Shown here: positions 25,236-37,958 of the stretch, in pieces
Position numbering within the stretch: the first letter of the stretch is position 1
Layout of the letters: the number at the start of each line of letters is the position of its first letter
IMG/VR virus record: IMGVR_UViG_3300029305_001878
Span: 128,001-185,517 of that record
DNA: 57,517 nt
Strand: one strand, 5' to 3'
Origin: a virus
Lineage: Duplodnaviria; Heunggongvirae; Uroviricota; Caudoviricetes
The notes under the pieces: generated by a model
What the model was told of the DNA's origin: nothing
The model's input: the letters and a program-made list of their open reading frames with translations, nothing else
The model's database searches: none
Translations under genes and position numbers: made by a program

Positions 25236-27134
25236 ATGGCTTTAACATTTGGTAAAATCAATCGTGCGGCGAGTTTTAACCCTACAACCGCGTTCCCACT
25301 TGATGCGCGCAGTTATTTTGAAAGTTATGATTTAGCCGTTGCTGCTGCCTTAACTGCCAAAGAGGCAGGCGATACTACTACTGTTCACTATTATGGTGAA
25401 ACTTTATGTGTCGTTGAAAATGGCGCTGCTAAACTTTATATCATTCAGCCAGAAGGCAAATTAGAGCCAGTAGGCAGTGATGTTAAAGTTAGCGTAAATG
25501 AAAATGCTTTTACTTTTACTGATGGTAAAATTGATTTACTTGGCTTTAGTGAAGCAGTCGCGGGCGCGCAATTAGTAAAAACTGAAGACGGCAAAATCTC
25601 TTGGGTAAAACCTGATGCTACCACTGTAGAAGGTTTACAAACTGCGGTTAGTACTTTAGAAACCAATGTTTCTAATTTAACTACTCTTGTAAATAATAAA
25701 GCAGATTCTTCTACTGTATACACCAAGACCGAAGTTGACAATAGTTTAACTGCTATTACTAATACTTTAGATAATAAAGCAAATGCGGCTGATGTATATA
25801 GTAAGAGCGAAGTTGATGGTTTAGTTTCTCCCAAGGCTAATGCTGCTGATGTATATACTAAATCTGAAATTGACGCTTTAGTTAATCCTAAAGCCAATAG
25901 CAGTGATGTTTATACTAAAGCCGAGGCTGATAGCGCGATTGCCGCAGCGGTTGCAGGTGCCGAACATCTAAAGAGACAAATCGTTGACCAAGCCGATATT
26001 GACATTTATCTTGCTGGACCTACTCTGGCTGAAAAGAATGTCATTTATATGGTTAAGACTGGTGCATCCAGTGATGCTTATAAAGAATATATGCGATTTG
26101 ACGCAGAAGATGGCACTGTAAGTTTTGAACAAATAGGCGATACTTCTGTTGATTTAAGCAATTATGTTACTTCTGATGCTTTGAATAGTAAGGCAGACGT
26201 TAGTGTTACTGATAATCTGGCTGCTTTAATTCAGGCAAATACTAATAATATCGCTTTAAAGGCTAATCAATCTGATTTAGAGACTTTATCTACTTCTGTT
26301 GGAACTAATACCAATGAAATTGCTGCTTTAAAAGAAGCAATGAATGATAAAGCCGCAAAGAGTGATTTAGAGAGTTTACAAGAAATTGTTAATTCCAAAG
26401 CCGCACAAAGCGATTTAGATAATTTAAGCAGTACTGTTTCTGCTAATGGCGAACAAATTGCTTTATTAGAAACTAATAAGGCTGATAAGAGTGATTTAGA
26501 ATCTTTACAAGAAGTTGTTAATTCTAAAGCCTCTCAAAGTGATTTAAATGCTTTAGCAAAGATTGTTTCTGATAATTCCACGGCTATTGCAACAAAGGCT
26601 AATCAATCTGATTTAACTGCTTTAAGCGGCGTTGTTGATAATAAGGTTGATAAAGTTTATAGTGAAGTCGATGGAGAACAAGTTGCTTGGACTTTATTAA
26701 GTCCTACTAATGCTAAAAAGTTAGAGTAGTTAAGTATTGATGAAGATGGTAGTGTTGGTATCTCTGGTACTGTTGCTGCCGATAAGGTCGAAGGTCTTGC
26801 TGACTGGATTACAAGTAAGCGTGACACCGTTCCTGGTTTATTCTCAACTACTTATCAATCTAAACTTGATGGTATTGAAGAAGGCGCTCAAGTTAATGTA
26901 ATTGAAGCAATTAAACTTGCGGGCGCTGATGAAAATCTCGCTATTGCTAACAAGACTGTTGAAATTCCTTATGCAACTGATAGTCTTGCTGGTATTGTTA
27001 AAACTTCTCAAGAAATTACTTTAAATAGTGATAAACAATTAGAAGTTTTAAGTTTGAACGTGGATAAGTTAGTACAGACTGGTGATTTACTGCTGAATTG
27101 CGGTGGAGCCACTGGTTTTACTTATTCTGAATAA
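25236..27134 (+). CDS. putative tail fibre with tandem KA-x-x-x-DVYTK and KAxQSDL repeats (1 in-frame TAG)
   Basis: Read-through at 26727 extends the frame to TAA at 27132; C-terminus contains KLDGIEEGAQVN. Confidence 0.8.
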
Positions 27135-27163
27135 TTTTAAATTTGAAAAGGAGATAATTATTT

Positions 27164-29140
27164 ATGGCTACTGCTAATAAGACTTTACAGACAAGAATTC
27201 AATTAAAGTATGACTCTTATGAAAATTGGATTAGCAATAACCCTGTATTATTAAAAGGTGAAATCGCTGTTGCTACTGTCTCTGTCCCCGCAGAAGGACA
27301 AACTAATACTCCCGATTTTCAGAATCTGCCTAACGTTGTTTTAAAAGTTGGCGATGGTAGTTCTCATTATAATGATTTAAAATTCGTAAGTGGTTTAGCC
27401 GCTGACGTATACAAATGGGCTAAGGCTGATAAAAAGCCTACTTATTTTGCTAATGAAATTCAGGGTTTAACTGAATATGTTCAGAATATTTCTGACGTTG
27501 ACACTAACACTGAATATCAGTTAGTTGTTGTCGATGCTGAAACTTATAAGTATAAATTACAAAAGCGTGTTTATGCTAACAATGCTTGGGGCGAATGGGC
27601 TGATACTGAGACTTTAGATTTAAGTGGTATTAACACTCGTTTAGGTAGTTTAGAGGCTACTGTTGAAGGCTTAACTGGTTCTTCAGGCGGTATTCAGGGT
27701 GCTATCAATACTGCTATTGGTGCTTTAGACTCTGATGAAAAACAAGAAGCCGGCGCTGATGGCTTAGCATTAAGAGTAGTCCAAGTTGATGGTGCTATTA
27801 CTTCTATCTCTGGTTCTATCGCTGCTAATACCTATGATGCTTATGGCGCTGCTGCCGATGTTTTAGGCTCTAATTCTGATGCTGCTGATGCTAACACTGT
27901 TTATGGCGCAAAAGCCGCTGCTGCTGCCGCTCAGACCGCTGCCGCTGCTGCTCAAAAGGCCGCTGAAGATGAAGCCACTGCTCGTAAAGCCGCTATTAAT
28001 GCTCTGGATTACAATGGTTATGTTGCTGGTAACGCTGAAGGCGCAGTTATTTCCTTCGTTGGCGAAATCAGTGAAACTGATGGTGTAATTAGTGCTACCA
28101 AGCGTGATTTAGTATTTACTGATGCTTATTCTGCTTCTAATCCTGCTGCTACTAAAAAGTATGTTGATGATACTGTTCGTACTAATGTCGCTGATTTAAC
28201 TGGCGCTATGCACTTTGAAGGTGTCTTTGAATCTCAGCCTGCCGTTGATAATTACAGTGCTGGTGACGTTATCATTGTTGGTCAAACTGAATATGTTTTA
28301 TCAGAACAAGATGATACTAAGGTTTGGATTGAACTTGGTAACGAAGGCGCTATTGCTGCTGCTATCCAGGCTTTAGATAGCGATAAATATAATGACGTTG
28401 ACGCAGGAGAAAACCCAGTTGCTAATCCTGCTAAAACCATTACTAGAATCGTACAGGTAGATGGCGTTATTACTAATGTTGAATCTGCTGAAATTGTTAT
28501 TGATTCTAATCACGTTACTGTTGATAATCAAACTTTAACTGCTAAATTGGCTAGTTTAGCACAAGAGACTACTGCTTCTCACGAAGCCTTACAGAGAGAA
28601 ATTGATGCTAATGAAACTGCTATTGGCGTTTTAAATAGTGGTTCTGAAGTTGCAGGTTCTGTTGCTAATAAAATTGCTACTGCTATTAATGCTTTAGATA
28701 GTGAAGTATCTAATACTAAAGGAACAGATGGTTTATCATTAACAGTAACTCAAGTTGATGGTGCTATTACTTCTATTTCTGGCTCTATTGATCCTGAAAC
28801 TTACGACGCTTATGGCGCTGCAAAGGCAGTTCAAGGTACCACTGAAAGCACTGTTGCTGATGCTATGACTGCTGCCGCTGCTGCTCAAAAGGCTGCTGAA
28901 GATGAAGCCACTGCTCGCGATCTCGCTATCAAGGCATTAGATGGTTCTGCTACTGCTACTGCTACTGACAATGGTACTGTTAATGTTTTAACTAGTGTTG
29001 TTGAAACCGATGGTGTTATTTCCAAAGGTGCAGAAGTCAACTTGTCCAAGGTTGCTCAAAGTGGTAAAGTCCAGGACTTAATCCAAGACGCTAACACTTA
29101 TATCGTATTCGATTGCGGTGACTCTGTAAACAATATCTAA
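27164..29140 (+). CDS. putative tail fibre, Ala-rich, with an internal duplication
   Basis: QVDGAITSISGSI..YDAYGAA and AAAAQKAAEDEATAR occur twice at both protein and DNA level; no TAG. Confidence 0.8.
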   Translation: MATANKTLQTRIQLKYDSYENWISNNPVLLKGEIAVATVSVPAEGQTNTPDFQNLPNVVLKVGDGSSHYNDLKFVSGLAADVYKWAKADKKPTYFANEIQGLTEYVQNISDVDTNTEYQLVVVDAETYKYKLQKRVYANNAWGEWADTETLDLSGINTRLGSLEATVEGLTGSSGGIQGAINTAIGALDSDEKQEAGADGLALRVVQVDGAITSISGSIAANTYDAYGAAADVLGSNSDAADANTVYGAKAAAAAAQTAAAAAQKAAEDEATARKAAINALDYNGYVAGNAEGAVISFVGEISETDGVISATKRDLVFTDAYSASNPAATKKYVDDTVRTNVADLTGAMHFEGVFESQPAVDNYSAGDVIIVGQTEYVLSEQDDTKVWIELGNEGAIAAAIQALDSDKYNDVDAGENPVANPAKTITRIVQVDGVITNVESAEIVIDSNHVTVDNQTLTAKLASLAQETTASHEALQREIDANETAIGVLNSGSEVAGSVANKIATAINALDSEVSNTKGTDGLSLTVTQVDGAITSISGSIDPETYDAYGAAKAVQGTTESTVADAMTAAAAAQKAAEDEATARDLAIKALDGSATATATDNGTVNVLTSVVETDGVISKGAEVNLSKVAQSGKVQDLIQDANTYIVFDCGDSVNNI

Positions 29141-29154
29141 TCTAAAATTTTTCA

Positions 29155-29190
29155 AGGCTCATTCAATTTAATTGAATGAGCCTTTTTTTT
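29155..29190 (+). terminator. Rho-independent terminator
   Basis: AGGCTCATTCAAT/ATTGAATGAGCCT plus T-tract. Confidence 0.8.
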
Positions 29191-29230
29191 ATATATAAAT
29201 AGATATGAATATAAAAAAGGAGGCTAAATA

Positions 29231-32200
29231 ATGGGAAAGGCTTTAAATACCATTATTAAATTACGTGCTGATGCTTCTCATAATTGGATTGCCGCGAACC
29301 CCATTCTACAAGCAGGCGAACCTGGTGTAGAAATCGATACTTTAAAATTAAAAATCGGTAATGGTGTTTCAACTTGGCAAAATTTACCATATACAACTGG
29401 CGAAGCAGAAATCGTAGGCAATAGTGGTATGATAATAGTTGATACTCTGCCTGAAGTTGGTAGTCCTTCAGCCCTCTATAAAGTTGAACATAGTTAGAAG
29501 ATTTATTTTTGGAATACTTTAACTAACGAATTTAACTTATTAGATTTCTCTGAAACTCCCACCTTCGAAGATACTAATACAGATAACATTATTGTATTAA
29601 ATAGTCTCTCTGATTTACCAGAAGAAGGAGTAGATAATTATCTCTACAAAGTATTAGAAAACCAAAAGATTTACTTATGGGATTCTAGTAAGAAAGAATT
29701 TACATCTTTAAATAATGAAGAGATAGTTATACCAGAGTTTGAAGATACTAATACTGATAATATAGTAGTAGCATCTACTTTTAATGATTTTCCTGCTGAA
29801 GGTCAAGAAAACTATTTATATAAAGCACAAGATGAATAGAAATTTTATTTCTATAATCCAAGTCTTGGTGTTTATGATTATCTATTTACAACACCCGAGT
29901 TTGAAGACACAAATACTGACAATATAAAAATCGTAGACACTTTACCAGAAGTAGGAGAAGAAAATATTTTATATAAATTATCTTCTACTCAATCCTTCTA
30001 TTTTTGGAATAATTTAACAAATTCTTTTGAACCTTTAATTACAGTTACTGAAGATATTATTCCAGAAGTCAAAGGTGGCATTGAAGTCGTTGATACGATT
30101 GAAAACTTGCCGGCCACAGGTTCTTCTGATATGTTATATAAAGTATTAGAAGATGAAAAAGTTTATACTTGGAATGCTTCAACTAATGAATATGCTCAAG
30201 TAAGCGGTTCAACAAGTGCGGGCGAAGGCAAAAATAATATAATTGTTGTTGAGAAATATGCCGATTTACCTGAAATAGGTGAAGCAGATGTATTATATAA
30301 GGTCGCCGCAGACCAATTATTCTATACTTATAATACAATAACCAATGCTTATCAGCAAATGGGTCAAGGCGGTGGTGTAGCAACTGAAGGTTACACTATC
30401 ACTCTACAAAATACCATCGACCGCATTTTCGCTGCTATCGAGGGCGATCCAATCACTATAGGCTTTAGATATTCATCTGTTGATGCTACTGGATTTGCCG
30501 ATGGTCCTGGTATTGGTACTTTAATAGTTAACAATGTAAAAAAGGCTACTGTCGCAATTCCTCAAAAAGTTCAAACTTTAGATATTACTAAATATTTAAG
30601 TTTGGGTGAAAATAATGTTGAATTAACAGTTGAAAATAGTGAATCAAATTCTAAAACATTGGCTTTCTCTATTGAAGTAGTAAACTTATATTTAACTACT
30701 AATGTTAAAGATATGGATACTTATTTCAGTGAAACTGCAATTCCATTTACAATTACCGGTCCCGGCACTAAACTTATGCATTATATCATCGACGATGAAG
30801 AGATTGCTAGTGAGGAAGTTACAAGCACAACTCAATTAGCACATAGTTATAGAGTTCCTATGCAAGAGGCGGGCGCTCATATATTAAAAATCTATGCTGA
30901 ACGTGAAGTTAATAATATGACTATTACAAGTAATACATTAGTTATTGGTATGATGTTTGTAACTGATGAAATGGTTGATACTCATATTTTATCAAACTTC
31001 CAATAGAAGACAGGAGCACAAGGTGAAATTATTACCATACCTTATATGGTATATAACCCATTCCTTGAAACTGCTGATGTTATTTTAACTATTTATAATG
31101 AAGATGGTAGCGTTTATTTTACTAAAGAAATTACTGTTGATTAGACTGTGCAGAACTGGGTTACTCAAGATTATCCTGCTGGAAAAGTAACTTTTGAAAT
31201 TCAAGCACATTCTGATTCTGGTACTGATGCAGTAAAATAGTTTGTCATTGATATTGAACCTTCAGTTTTCGATCTAGAAATTTCTAGAGATAGTTTAACT
31301 CTTGAATTTAGTGCGGCCGGCCGTTCCAATAGTGAACGTAATCCCGAGTCTTGGTCTTATGGTGACTACGTTGGCGAATTCGAGCGTTTTGCTTGGTCTG
31401 GCGCAGATGGATGGGTTGAATCCGACGCGGGAGAGACTGTTTTAAGATTTTTGCCCAAGAACAAATTAACAATTCCATTCTATCCATTCGCTACCGATAA
31501 GCGCAATACTGGCTATACCATTGAATTAGAATTAGAAACTCGTGACGTTGCAGACTATGATGCAGTTGTAGTTTCTTGTATGGATGAAAATGGTATTGGT
31601 TTTGAAATTAAATCTCAATCTGTTGTCTTTAAAACTGAACTTTCTGAATTAGATATGATGTTTAAAGAAGATGAAAGAGTTAGAATTACAATTGTAGTTG
31701 AACCTTCCACTTTAAATAGATTTATCTATATGTTCATTAATGGTATTATGTGCGGTTTAACGCAATATACCTCAAATGACAATTTTAAACAAGCAAACCC
31801 CAAACCTATTGTAATAGGTTCTGAAAAGTCTGGTATTGACTTATATAAACTTCGTTTCTATGAAAGAAACTTTACTTACATTGAACAATTAAATAACTAT
31901 ATCTGTGACCGCTCTACCAATGCAGAAAGATTTGAATTAAAAGAGCGCAATGATATTTATGATATTTCAGGCAACTTAACAATTGGCTCTCTACCTCCTG
32001 AAATTCCTTATCTAGTTATGCAATGTGAAGAATTACCTCAATTCAAAGGCGATAAAAAGAAATCAAAGAGTATGTACTTTGTTGACCAATTGCGCCCCGA
32101 GCGTTGTTTCTCTGCAAAGGGTTGTCAATTCGACGTTCAAGGTACTTCTTCTGCTGGCTACCCTATTAAAAACTTTAAAATAGCCTTTAAAGAAGGTATT

Positions 32201-32998
32201 ATCTTACCCGATGGAACTTCTGCAGACGGTTATGATATTTTTGAAGGTGGCATTTTAGCAGAAACATTCTGTTTAAAAGCCGACTTTGCTTCATCTGAAC
32301 AAGCCAATAATGTTATGTTAGTTGACTATTATGATGAAATAGTTCGTGATTATTTCTTAACTCCTGCCCAAGAGGAAGATGAAAGAGTTAGAACTGGCGT
32401 GCGCGGCACTCCTATCGTTGTCTTCTGGGAAAATACTGAAACTGGTGAAATCAAATTCCAAGGTCAGTATAATATGAACGATGATAAGAGTAATGAAATT
32501 GTATTCGGTTTTGATAGAACTAAATATCCTAACTTGGAATGCTGGGAATTCTGTAACAATACTTCTTCTCGTGTATTATTCCAAAGAAGTGAATATGAAG
32601 AAACTACCACTGATAAAGATGGTAATACTGTTCCTGCGTGGACCGCAGATTTTGAGGCTCGATTCCCCGATTTAGATGACCCATATCGTGATTACACTCG
32701 ATTCAAGCGAATGACTGACTGGGTTGTTTCTACAGATAGACGTCAAGCAACCGATAATGAATTACCTGAACCTATCACATATGCAGATGTTGAATATACT
32801 AAAGATACTGCAGAATATCGTTTAGCAAAGTTTAAAGCAGAATTTGAAAATTATTTCTGTAAAAACCCAATGATTTTCTATTATGTTTTCACTGAAACTT
32901 TCTTAATGATTGACAACCGCGCAAAGAATATGTTCTTAACTTCTTTTGATGGAGAACATTGGTTCCCAATTCCTTATGACTTTGATACTGCGATTGGT
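29231..32998 (+). CDS. exon 1 of a ~2120-aa virion-associated protein (CotH-kinase-like core)
   Basis: ORF-track pieces 29231, 30107 and 31451 share one frame interrupted only by TAG; ends PYDFDTAIG at the intron boundary. Confidence 0.8.
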
Positions 32999-34046
32999 AT
33001 TAATATTAATGCCTGTTAAACCTTTTCCGTTTCATCAACGGGGTTTATGAATTAAAATTCATAGGCTAACGGGGAAACCTGACCGCATAATGGCGAAGGC
33101 AATCCCGTGGGAAATTATTTAAACTATTTAAAAAAAATAAAGAAAGGAGGATAAAAATGATTGGAATTATTTATAAAGTAACAAATAAAATAAATAATAA
33201 AATATATATAGGTTAGAGTATAAATACTTTAAACCGAAGACGTACAAATCATTACTCTTCAGCAAGAAATCATAATAATAATTCAATATTTCATAAAGCA
33301 TTAATGAAATATTCTAAAGATGATTTCACTTGGGAGATTGTAGAAACAATTTCTAATAATAATATAGAGTTATTATAGAAAGAATTAAATGAGAAAGAAT
33401 GCTATTTTATAAAATTATATGAATCTAATAATTTAAATAAAGGATATAATATGACCGCTGGTGGCGAAAGTTTTCAAGAACAAGCACAAAATTTTTGGGA
33501 TGATCCAAATCGAAGTGATAGTTGGAGAAAAGAATTAAGTAGCCGAATGACAAAATATTGGTCTGATGAATCCCATATAAAGCATTAGAGTGAGCAAATG
33601 AATAAATTTTATAAAACAAAAGAAGGACAAGAAAAAGCCAAACAACATAGTAATTTTATGAATGATTATTATAATGGTGTTAACGCAAGAAAAAATAAGG
33701 CTAAAACTTCTCATTATTTTATAAAAGCAATTTCTCCAAATCAAGAAGAGTTAATTTTTATTTCATCTAAAGAGCCTGATTTATATTTTAATAGAAAAAT
33801 AAATTTAAGGGCTAGGCTACATCAAGTTGGAGACATATGGATTCCAACAACTAGATGTCCTCATTTATATGGATGGAAATTTGAAGCAATAGAAAAATAT
33901 GAAATAGTTTAAATAAAAACCTGTAACGACTATCTCCGTATCGGGAGAGTAGGGGTGCTATTGATACGCACTTCGAAATGGGTTTTGTAGATTTTAAAAA
34001 TCTATTAAGATATAGTCTGTCCCATTAGAAATAATGGATTTAGATG
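32999..34046 (+). mobile_element. group I intron carrying a homing endonuclease
   Basis: P1 formed by exon GGU with intron ...AUUAAUGCC (U-G splice pair); core elements TAACGGGGAAACC, GCAATCCCGTG, GTAACGACTA, AAGATATAGTCT; terminal G at 34046; splicing restores DTAIG-INNEGKLVF in frame. Confidence 0.85.
33157..33912 (+). CDS. intron-encoded GIY-YIG homing endonuclease (2 in-frame TAG)
   Basis: AGGAGG RBS; MIGIIYKVTN...KIYIG*S, ELNEKECYFIK..GYNMTAGG; TAGs at 33214 and 33376. Confidence 0.85.
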
Positions 34047-36641
34047 ATTAATAATGAAGGAAAACTTGTCTTCGACTATGATTTAGAAGACTATGACCAA
34101 GTTGATGGTGATGATGTATTTAATGGACAATAGAGTACGCTTTGGATTAACGTAAGAGATGCTTTCGGTAATGATATTCGTAAGATGTATCAAGATTTGC
34201 GCTAGAGTGATAAATTCTCTTTTGAAACTATTAATGCAAAAATGACTGCTCACCAAGAAACTTGTTGGCCAGAAGCAATCTGGAATACTGATGCTAATAT
34301 AAAATATATTCAACCCTTCTTTACTACTGGTATTAACTACTTTGAAATGTGCCAAGGCAATAAAAAGGCTCAACGTGAATGGTGGTTATTTAATGCATTT
34401 AAATATCGCGATTCTAAATATTATGCGGGCGACGCAGTTGATACATTCGCATTCTTTAGAGCATATGATAAGGGCAATGTTACTGTAACTCCTTATCAGC
34501 ACTTATGGCCAAGAGTAGAATATACTCGTAGTTATCCTTATACTGTAAGAAGTAAACGCAATGTTCCTAATGTTATGATTAATAAAATGGATAACGTCCA
34601 AGATACTGAAATCTGGATTGACTCTATTGATAGAATTGTTAGTTTGGGCGATATGAGTGCGCTAATGACTGACACTGTTGACTTTGCAAAAGCCGCAAAA
34701 TTACAAGAAGTTATTTTAGGTAATCCTACTGAAGGATATGCAAACACACACTTATCTGAATTAAGTTTAGGTACTAATAGATTATTAACATATTTAAATG
34801 TTGAAAATTGTACAAATCTATCAAAGGCAATCAGTGTTGAGAGTTGCGCCAACCTTGAAGTCGTTAAAGCGAAAGGTTCAGCGCTTCCCGCGATTGACTT
34901 CCCTATTGGAGGACATTTAAAAGAATTGTATCTTCCCGATACATTCTCTAACTTAACCTTGCGCAATCAGCATATGATTGAAGTATTTGATTTAAGCACT
35001 TATGAAAACTTAACTTCTATGTGGATAGATGATACTCCTGGATTACCAATAGAAGAGATTTTATTAAATTCTCCAAAATTAAATCGTGTAAGATTAGTTA
35101 ATTTAACTTGGCAGGTAAGTAATGAAGATAATTTAAAAACTATTTTCAATAAATTAAAAACTTGCGCTGGCCTCGATGCTAATGGTAAGAATGTAGATAA
35201 AGCAGTTGTAACTGGTTATATTGAAATCAATTCTATCTCTGACGATTTCTTGGAAGAATTAAATGAATATTTCCCTGAACTGATTGTTATCGTTGATGGT
35301 AAAACAAGATTTTTCTTGCGCTATGTTAACTGGAATAATGAATTATTATACAAATATGCTATTTCTCAAGGTAGTAATGCTATTGACCCTGTACAAAATG
35401 GATTAATTGAAACTCCTATTAAAGAAGGTAGTGAAGATACTCGTTATAGTTACACCGGATGGAGTAGTTTACCCACTAATATCCAAGGTCCTCAAAATAT
35501 GGTTGCTTTATATGCAACTGAATTTAGAATACAATTCCTTGATGGAGATAATAATGTAGTTAATACTCAATGGATTATTGCCGGCGAAAGCGCAATAGAT
35601 CCAGTAGAGAACGGATTAATTAACATCCCAGTAAAATCTTCTGATGTACAATATAATTATGTATATGCTCATTGGAATGAAACATTTACTGAAATTGTAA
35701 GTCCTATGAATGTTACACCCTATTTCACTGCATTCTTGCGCGATTACCCTGTATATTTCTATAATGGTGATGAAAAATTACAAGAATCTCGAGTATATTA
35801 TGGTAATTTCGCTGTGTATGAAGGCGAAGAAAGTGAAATTAAGAAAAAAATTGGCGGAGTACCTTCTGATTATTATGAATTCGCTTCTTGGTCTCCCTCT
35901 TTAAGTGAACCTGTTACTGGTACTACTTATTTCTATGCTCAATATGTATTTGACGGATATATTGAAGATAGTTGGGAAACTATTATAACCAATGTAAGTA
36001 CTGGTAATTCTGACGCTTATGGTTTTGGCGGTAAGAAGAAGATAAATTTAATCTATACCAATTTAGGACAAACATATACACAAGATGTTGAGTTTGAAAT
36101 TGTAGATAAAAACCACGATATTTTAGAAAATATTGACCCAAGTTATAATAATGGTGCTGAAAAAGCGGGTTTAACTTTCCGTTGTGAATTACCTTTAAAT
36201 AGAACTATTAATAATGGTCCAAAGACAGTAGGTACTTCTTCTGGATTGAACATTGGTGGTTGGGAAATTTGCGACGTTCGTACTTGGTTAAATGATGAAT
36301 TCTTTGAATGTTTACCTGATATTTTAATAAAAAATATTAAATCTGTTGAAAAGATAAGTGATTTAGGTTATCAAGAAAAAGGATTAAAAACTACATATGA
36401 TAAGATCTTTTTACCTTCTTTAGAAGAATTAAATATTAAGAATAGTAATTTTACTGTATTAGGACAAGGCACTCCTTATGTTTTATTCTCTGATAATGCA
36501 AGTAGAAAATCTGATATTATGTATTGGACTCGTTCTACATATCCAATGACCCACATCTGGTGCGCTATTGACTTGAATGGCTATGCGTCTTATAGTGGCG
36601 GCGGCAATAAATCTAAAATTATATTCTTCTTCTGTATCTAA
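34047..36641 (+). CDS. exon 2 of the large virion-associated protein (LRR-like region, beta repeats, C-terminal DUF6273-like domain)
   Basis: In frame with the 34242 ORF after 2 TAGs; LTYLNVENCTNL and LKELYLP repeats; GGWEICDVRTWLN...DKIFLPSLEEL...YWTRS. Confidence 0.8.
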
Positions 36642-36659
36642 TAAAGGAGGTATTTAATT

Positions 36660-36989
36660 ATGTATAAAGTAATGCATAACAATCAAATTATTGATGTTTT
36701 AGAAGATTTATGCTATGTTAAATGTCTTCCTAAAACATAGAGAATAATATCAGTTGATGAGCGTTAGGCTAATGGTATTGTTTCTTCTGATGGCGAACAA
36801 ATCTATCATTTATATGGTACAAAAGATACTTTTAATGAAAAAAAATTAACAGTAAGTGTTAAACCAATAGAAGAAGAAGAATATTTAAGATTAACTACAT
36901 AGGTTAAAGAAAATGCCGATTTAGCAAATCGAATTAAAGAATTAGAAATCTTGGTTCAAAGTCTTCAAGAATTAATTTCAAAAAGTTAA
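36660..36989 (+). CDS. hypothetical protein (3 in-frame TAG)
   Basis: AAGGAGG RBS; TAGs at 36738, 36765 and 36900; coiled-coil-like C-terminus. Confidence 0.7.
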
Positions 36990-37161
36990 ATATATTGTGA
37001 AAAATAATAAGTTTGAAATTGATAACTTATTTAATCTTTTAACTCTTTGAAAATGATAATGAGAAAAGATTTCTTTTAATATAATTATTATGGGTATTAT
37101 TATATTCTTTTCGAAGAGTATAATAATACCCTTTTTTTATTTATCTTTTAAAAAAGAAAGG

Positions 37162-37461
37162 ATGATAAATTTGGCTGGTAATAAAACTTTCCAATCTCGT
37201 ATTGTGCATAAACACGATACAGAAGAAAACTGGCTAAAAGCAACCAATTTTATACCTTTACAAGGCGAAATAATTATCTATGATATTGATGATAATTATT
37301 CGTATGAAAGATTTAAAATTGGTGATGGAACTACAAATGTTAATTCTTTACCGTTTGTTATTAATATTATACCTATTACAAATGAACAAATTGATGAAAT
37401 ATGTGGTGCAGGTACTTCTCCAGTATTAGGAGAAGGAGTACTTGGTGAAATGATACTTTAA
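37162..37461 (+). CDS. small tail-fibre-motif protein
   Basis: HKHDTEENW...PLQGEIIIYD...KIGDG motif; start approximate. Confidence 0.7.
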   Translation: MINLAGNKTFQSRIVHKHDTEENWLKATNFIPLQGEIIIYDIDDNYSYERFKIGDGTTNVNSLPFVINIIPITNEQIDEICGAGTSPVLGEGVLGEMIL

Positions 37462-37482
37462 TATTATTAGGAGGAACAAACT

Positions 37483-37929
37483 ATGAGTTATCAGAAACAG
37501 ATTTTTGAAAATGGAGATACTTTAACTGCTGAAAATTTAAATTATATGGAAGTTGGTATCGAAGAGGCTTTAATCCCTTTTAGATTTGTTATTGATTATA
37601 AATGTAGAGAGGATTCATTAGATGAAGCCACTGTTGATAAAACATTCGAAGAATTAAAAGAGGCTTTTCTTTCTGAGGCTTTAATGGATGGATATTTGAT
37701 TCAAAGAGAAGGACAATGGAATGAAGATGAAGAAATTTATACATATGAAAAACCAACTGCTATTTGGAAAGTTCTTAAAGTTTTATTAATGGATAAGTAT
37801 GAATGGGACGATGAAAATGATGTTGAAATTACAATACCAGATTATATTTTTATTTTCTATCTTACTGATTATCGTGAAGTTCAGTATAATGCAGATGGTT
37901 CTTGGGTACATTGGGGCGGCAATGGTTAA
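37483..37929 (+). CDS. hypothetical virion-associated protein
   Basis: AGGAGG RBS; YQKQIFENGDTLTAENLNYME motif. Confidence 0.75.
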   Translation: MSYQKQIFENGDTLTAENLNYMEVGIEEALIPFRFVIDYKCREDSLDEATVDKTFEELKEAFLSEALMDGYLIQREGQWNEDEEIYTYEKPTAIWKVLKVLLMDKYEWDDENDVEITIPDYIFIFYLTDYREVQYNADGSWVHWGGNG

Positions 37930-37958
37930 TAAATAATCTTTAAAAAGGAGGGCTATAA

